Below are positions 59,090 through 64,000 of a stretch of 64,000 nucleotides of DNA, in pieces. Location: NCBI GenBank assembly GCA_010093995.1, contig ML992501.1:330227-394226 (forward strand), read 5' to 3'. Positions within the stretch are counted from its first letter, which is position 1. Every line of letters starts with the position of its first letter. The position numbers and the translations under genes were made by a program. Origin of the DNA: Elsinoe ampelina (taxonomy: Eukaryota). A model generated the notes under the pieces. It saw only the letters and a program-made list of their open reading frames with translations. It made no database searches and was not told where the DNA came from.

Positions 59090-60040
59090 CTACTTCCCAA
59101 CCCCAACATACCACTTCCCCAGCGCCGTAAACCCCCCGTTCTTCTGCAAAAAATCCCACCCGTACCTACCCTCGCCCGTCCCTCTCCTAAACTCCCCCCT
59201 AAACGTATACCTTTTAATCCACGGCGTCTGATCCATCCAATTCACCATCGCCTTGATCTGCGGCACACAACTCGTATCCCCCTGCGCACACATACCCGTC
59301 AAACTCCCATCGGCATTATAATCCTGAAACCCAATATCCGTGATCCACATTGGCTTCTTTGGGAACTCTTTGCGCCAATTCTTGATCTCGTTCTTGAACT
59401 CGCCGTAGCGCCAGTAGTAGTGCACGTCCAGGAAATCAAACTTGCACTGGGGGCATTTCTGCTGGAAAGAACGGATCCAGGGCAGGGAGTCGGGCCCGTT
59501 GATCACGCTGGGTGACCCGATGGGCATGCGTGGGTATTTCTTCTTGATCGGGATGATGTATTTTTTCCAGGCGGCGACGGCGGCGTCGACGCTGACGCCG
59601 TAGTGGACTGGTTCGAGGAAGGTGAGGAGGGCGGCGGGGCGGGTCTTGTCGACTTCGGACATGAGGTTTTTGATGTTTTTGAAACTACCAGGGGTTAGGG
59701 AGGGAGGGGAGAAGGGGAGGGGGTTGGGAGGTACTTGTTGCCGTCTGCTTCGGGGGATTCGTTGACGCCGAATTGTTGCATGACGAATTGGTATTTGGTC
59801 GACATTTGTTGGTTGGGGTATTGGCCGAAGGAATAGTACTACCAGAGGTCAGGAGGGTAGCTGGAAAGCTCTGGGGGTGACACATACCCATGATAGCTGG
59901 GAGTTGGCGGGCGATGTGAACTTCTTGGCGTCGGCTACGTTGGAGGCAGCATTGAAGTCGGATATCAGACCTCGCTTTGGGTTGGCGGCCAGCGTGGTGG
60001 CAAAAAGTGCCGCCAAGGGCAAAAGAGATGGAACAATCAT
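59090..60040 (-). CDS. Secreted GH128 / Asl1-like beta-1,3-glucanase-fold protein with atypical catalytic motifs
   Basis: Signal peptide plus KRGL; introns 59839-59887 and 59685-59734; LSWYY, AAVAAWKKY, IGSPSV, W...F...C..C..DFLDVHYY, PMWITD, WMD..PWI.RY. Confidence 0.82.
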
Positions 60041-61487
60041 GATTGCTGGGTATCACTGAGCTATCTGGGTTTGAATAGCATTCATTGATAGACTTCGAGC
60101 TATTGAAGTGGAGGCGAGCTCTTACTTATGTTTCTTGACTTGTATTCAGCTCGATCGCATGACGCTCAAAGACGGCAGCAGTGGCGCAGAAACAAAGGAA
60201 TGTGGTCATGGACCGTTTGATGCTCGACAGATGCCCACAAACATATGACGAAGGTTTTACCTACTGTTCACCTACCAGCATGAGGGGGCTGGTAGGTCTG
60301 GAGACTGGGTGGGAGTGGGCAGAGTAGTAGGGGGGTCGATCACCGTTTTGACATTGTACGATTCAACGTTCAGTCTCAAGTAGTGCAGTGAAATTGAATC
60401 GGGCCAGTGCATTGCAGGGTCCTCGGTGTGTCTACAGCCCGTCGCAGATCTTTGTTGATGGACCTCTATTGGTGGTAATTTCTTCCAACCCGACACGATG
60501 TGCGATCACTTGTCCTTTTGCAGCGTTGACCTGCTGTTGCAACTGTTCGCTTCGCGGATGGTACAAGGCGTCTCGCAACCACGATGATGCCCGTGACCGC
60601 TGCGGAATCGAAAGATGACGTTGGCTTGTGGAGATCGGGCGAGTGGTAGGAAAGAAATGGCATTGACAGAGAAGGGAGAGAAATGTGATTTACTTTTAGA
60701 TGGGTGCAAGCCAGAGATGAAGGTTGATCTCGTCGGATCGGGCTCAGCTACCACCGACGGCGGCGGTCAAGATGCCGGGGGCCGACATGTGGTTTTTTTC
60801 CGGGCGACAAGGCGGGCTACAGCTCGAATCTCTTGTTGGTCAACACGTTCGTTTTTCACGGGCTCACCGAAAAATCCATATTTGCCTATCTCGCAATTGC
60901 ACATGCCCAGTGCATATTGAACTTCACCAAGCATTGTTCCCACAGGTCTGATAATGTATGCTGGTAGGCAGCCCCTGCATGAAAGCTTACTATGCGGGCG
61001 ACATTATTGGCTCACGTCCGGATAACTTTGAGCTCCAGCATGATGCGAGAGCTCCAGCAAGCAGCTTCGTGTCATCCTGACCACTCTCCGATTTGTTTCG
61101 GCTGTCCGAATCATGAGTAATCAGTCTTCCTGGTCAGATTGGATTGCGTTCATGACCGAAACCAACGAAAGAACTGTTGGTCTTTGTCCTCTGCGTTTCT
61201 AGCTTTCCGAAATTTCCGATCAGGTATAGAGTTACGTCCGCAGAAGAGCTTGACCTCACCCATAGCCACTCGATCGTGATATATAGGCGTTTCCGTTAGC
61301 CTTCTATCTTCTCTGCAATATTCAAACTACCAGATAACCAAGCATCCATCACCCCTAGGCAAAATCTTCACCACAAGACGAAAGGCATAAACATCACCTG
61401 CTAAACATCAGTTCGAATCAACGATCCGATCTGTGGTTCCATACCTCTAAATATCAGTCATTGAGCGTGGAAGCTGGTCCACACGCC

Positions 61488-64000
61488 ATGTCGACTCCCA
61501 TTCCAGCACCTAGAGGCCTGCCCCTAATCGGTAACATCTTCAGCATTGACCCAGAATATCCCATCGACAGCTTGAGCAATCTTGCCGATATCCATGGTAG
61601 TTTCTGCCCTCTCATAACTACCAGAACAATGTAATGACGTTGTACAGGACCTATTCTCAAATTGACAGTCTTCGGCACAGAGCGATTGATCGTAAACAGT
61701 CATTCCTTATTTGAGGAGCTCTGCGACGAGAAACGATTTCAAAAGGCCGTCTCTGGCCCTTTGGAGCAGATCAGAAACGGAGTACGGGATGGTCTTTTCA
61801 CAGCCTATCCAGGAGAACACAACTGGGAGGTGGCTCACCGGACTCTCATGCCAGCATTCGGTCCACTTCCCATCCGATCCATGTTCACGGAGATGCACGA
61901 TGTGGCTTCGCAACTAGTGATGAAGTGGGCTCGCTTCGGTCCACATCATGACATCGATGTCACATCCGACTTCACAAGGCTGACACTCGACACCATCGCT
62001 CTGTGCGCCATGGGAACACGATTCAACTCTTTCTACCACGAGGAAATGCACCCCTTCGTCGACGCCATGGTAGGACTTCTTGTCGAGTCTGGTAATCGAG
62101 CCCGGCGACCTGGGATAGCCGACCGATTTCTCCGGGCTGACCGCCAACGATACGATCGCGATATTGCCCTGCTCCAAAAGACTGCCATGGACTTGATCGA
62201 GGACCGCCGGAAGAACCCGACTGACAAGCCTGACCTTCTCAATGCCATGTTGAAAGGTCGAGATCCCAAGACCGGTGAAGGCTTGACGACTGACTCGATC
62301 GTCAACAATATGATCACTTTTCTGATTGCTGGGCACGAGACTACTAGCGGTCTGTTGTCTTTCTTGTTCGTCGAGTTGCTCCAAAACCCCGATGCCTATC
62401 GCCGCGCTCAAAAAGAGGTAGACCAGGTGGTTGGCACTGCTCCCGTCACAGTTGACCAAATGTCCAAGCTGCCGTATTTGACGGCCTGCTTGAGGGAAGC
62501 CCTGAGACTTCATCCGACGGCACCTGGATTCACGGTCTCGGCAAAAGAAGACGAAGTCATTGGTGGCGAATACATGATGAAAAAGGGTCAGCCAGCTCTA
62601 TGCTTCCTCCCAAAAATCCAGACCGATCCTGAAGTCTACGGTGACGATGCGAACAAGTTCAGGCCAGATCGGATGATGGACGAGAACTTCGCCAAACTAC
62701 CACCAAATGCATGGAAGCCATTTGGTAATGGCATGCGAGGATGTATCGGTCGACCATTCGCCTGGCAGGAGGCGCTATTGACTGTCGCTTTATTGCTACA
62801 GACCTTCGATTTCACGCCTAGCGATCCCAACTACCAGCTCAAGATTCAATCGACCTTGACAATCAAGCCGAAGGACTTTCACATGCGGGCCGCTATGAGA
62901 CGACCAGATGCCATCAGCAATATGTCGTTCGGACGAGAAGCCGATCATGCCAAAGAAGCCACCAAACAACGTCAAGGCAAGGCGACTGGTGGACCAGGAA
63001 AGGATGCGCCTACGTTATTCATCTTCTATGGATCCAACACTGGTAGTTGCGAGTCACTGGCCAGCTCTCTGGCATCGGAAGCCGCAGCTCATGGCTTTAA
63101 CAGCAAAGTCGACATTCTCGACAAGGCTACGGACTCTCTGCCAAAGAGTCAACCGACTGTCATCATTACTGCCAGCTACGAGGGCCAACCACCGGACAAT
63201 GCAGGTCGTTTTGTAGGCTGGCTCGAAGACGAGAAGGCTTCACTACCAGATGTCAAGTATGCTGTCTTTGGCTGTGGCAATCGTAAGCTGAAACATTCCA
63301 CCATTGCGCACCCTTGCTAATCCTGGCAGGTGACTGGGTTAGTACCTACCAGAAGATCCCTACCCTCGTTGACGACATTCTCGCCAAAAGAGGTGCCCAT
63401 AGACTTGCGGATCGAGGTTTTGCAGACGCGAATGACGGCGAGATCTTCAATGCTTTCGACAAGTGGACGGACGACCTTCTGTGGCCTGCACTCCAGAATG
63501 AGTATGGTACTACCACAGTGACCTCTGAGGAGGAAGACCTTGGTCTCAACGTCAAGATCGAGACGACTGGCCGTTCGACTCGATTGCGGCAAGACTTGCA
63601 ATCCGCAATGGTGACAGAAAGTCGACTGCTCACAGCCTCCGGCAAGCCTGCGAAGCGTCACATTGAGCTACAACTACCAACAGGAGCCACATACAAGGCC
63701 GGCGATTATCTGGCCGTGCTTCCATTGAACCCTATCGGTGCTGTTCGCCGCGCGATGGCCAGATTTCAGCTTCCATGGGACGCGACCATCGAGCTCGAAG
63801 AGGCCGCAAAAACTACCATCCCAACAGGTCGTCCAGTCTCCGCCTTTGATGTCCTCTCCGCGTTCGTCGAGCTCAGCCAACCCGCCACAGCGAAACAGCT
63901 CCGATCCGTAGCCGACACCATCCCCGACGTCACCCAAGCCTCCTCCCTCCGTGACCTCGCCGGGCCCAACTTCTCCACCATCCAAACCCAAAACATCAGC
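61488..64000 (+). CDS. CYP505: Self-sufficient P450/NADPH-P450 reductase fusion (CYP505, P450foxy-like), truncated by window end
   Basis: RDGLFTA, IAGHETTSG, EALR, FGNGMRGCIG, then flavodoxin FYGSNTGSCE, TASYEGQPPDNA, YAVFGCGN; introns 61597-61647 and 63283-63329. Confidence 0.95.

Noticed and set aside
1..64000. CRISPR arrays, prokaryotic defence systems, rRNA/tRNA genes
   Set aside because: The sequence is fungal and intron-containing. I saw no repeat-spacer arrays or structural RNA genes by eye; tRNAscan-SE or Infernal would be needed to exclude small RNAs.

Overview
This is eukaryotic DNA from a filamentous ascomycete (Pezizomycotina; a Dothideomycete-like genome is a guess), not prokaryotic DNA. 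Genes have short GT-AG introns (about 44-55 nt) with CTRAY branch sites, so the ORF track splits most of them; exon models below were rebuilt by hand. Bases 1-1380 form an AT/TpA-rich block damaged by RIP. It holds the 5' end of a Ty1/copia retrotransposon (142-bp LTR plus half-tRNAiMet primer site) next to a ~510-bp foldback/MITE-like element. The rest is gene-dense euchromatin with about 25 genes: cryptochrome-DASH, TRM44, RRP43, two SDRs, an FLC/TRP-like membrane protein, a DUF3176 protein, an Ecl1-like protein, a Tex30-like hydrolase, a P450, a secreted CHRD protein, a RUD3-like golgin, a catalase-related protein, MetRS, LTO1, RAD52, ICE2, MYG1, SepH/Cdc15 kinase, a GH128-like protein and a CYP505 cut by the window end, plus two spliced microproteins and several decaying genes. 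The most notable observations are: a probable CUG-initiated mitochondrial presequence on MYG1; a GH128 protein with altered catalytic motifs; a decaying head-to-head pair of an HExxH metallopeptidase remnant and a frameshifted Cys-rich secreted protein; and repeated C-rich-to-G-rich skew inversion islands. I found no clearly new multi-gene system. All family assignments come from motif recognition, not database searches.
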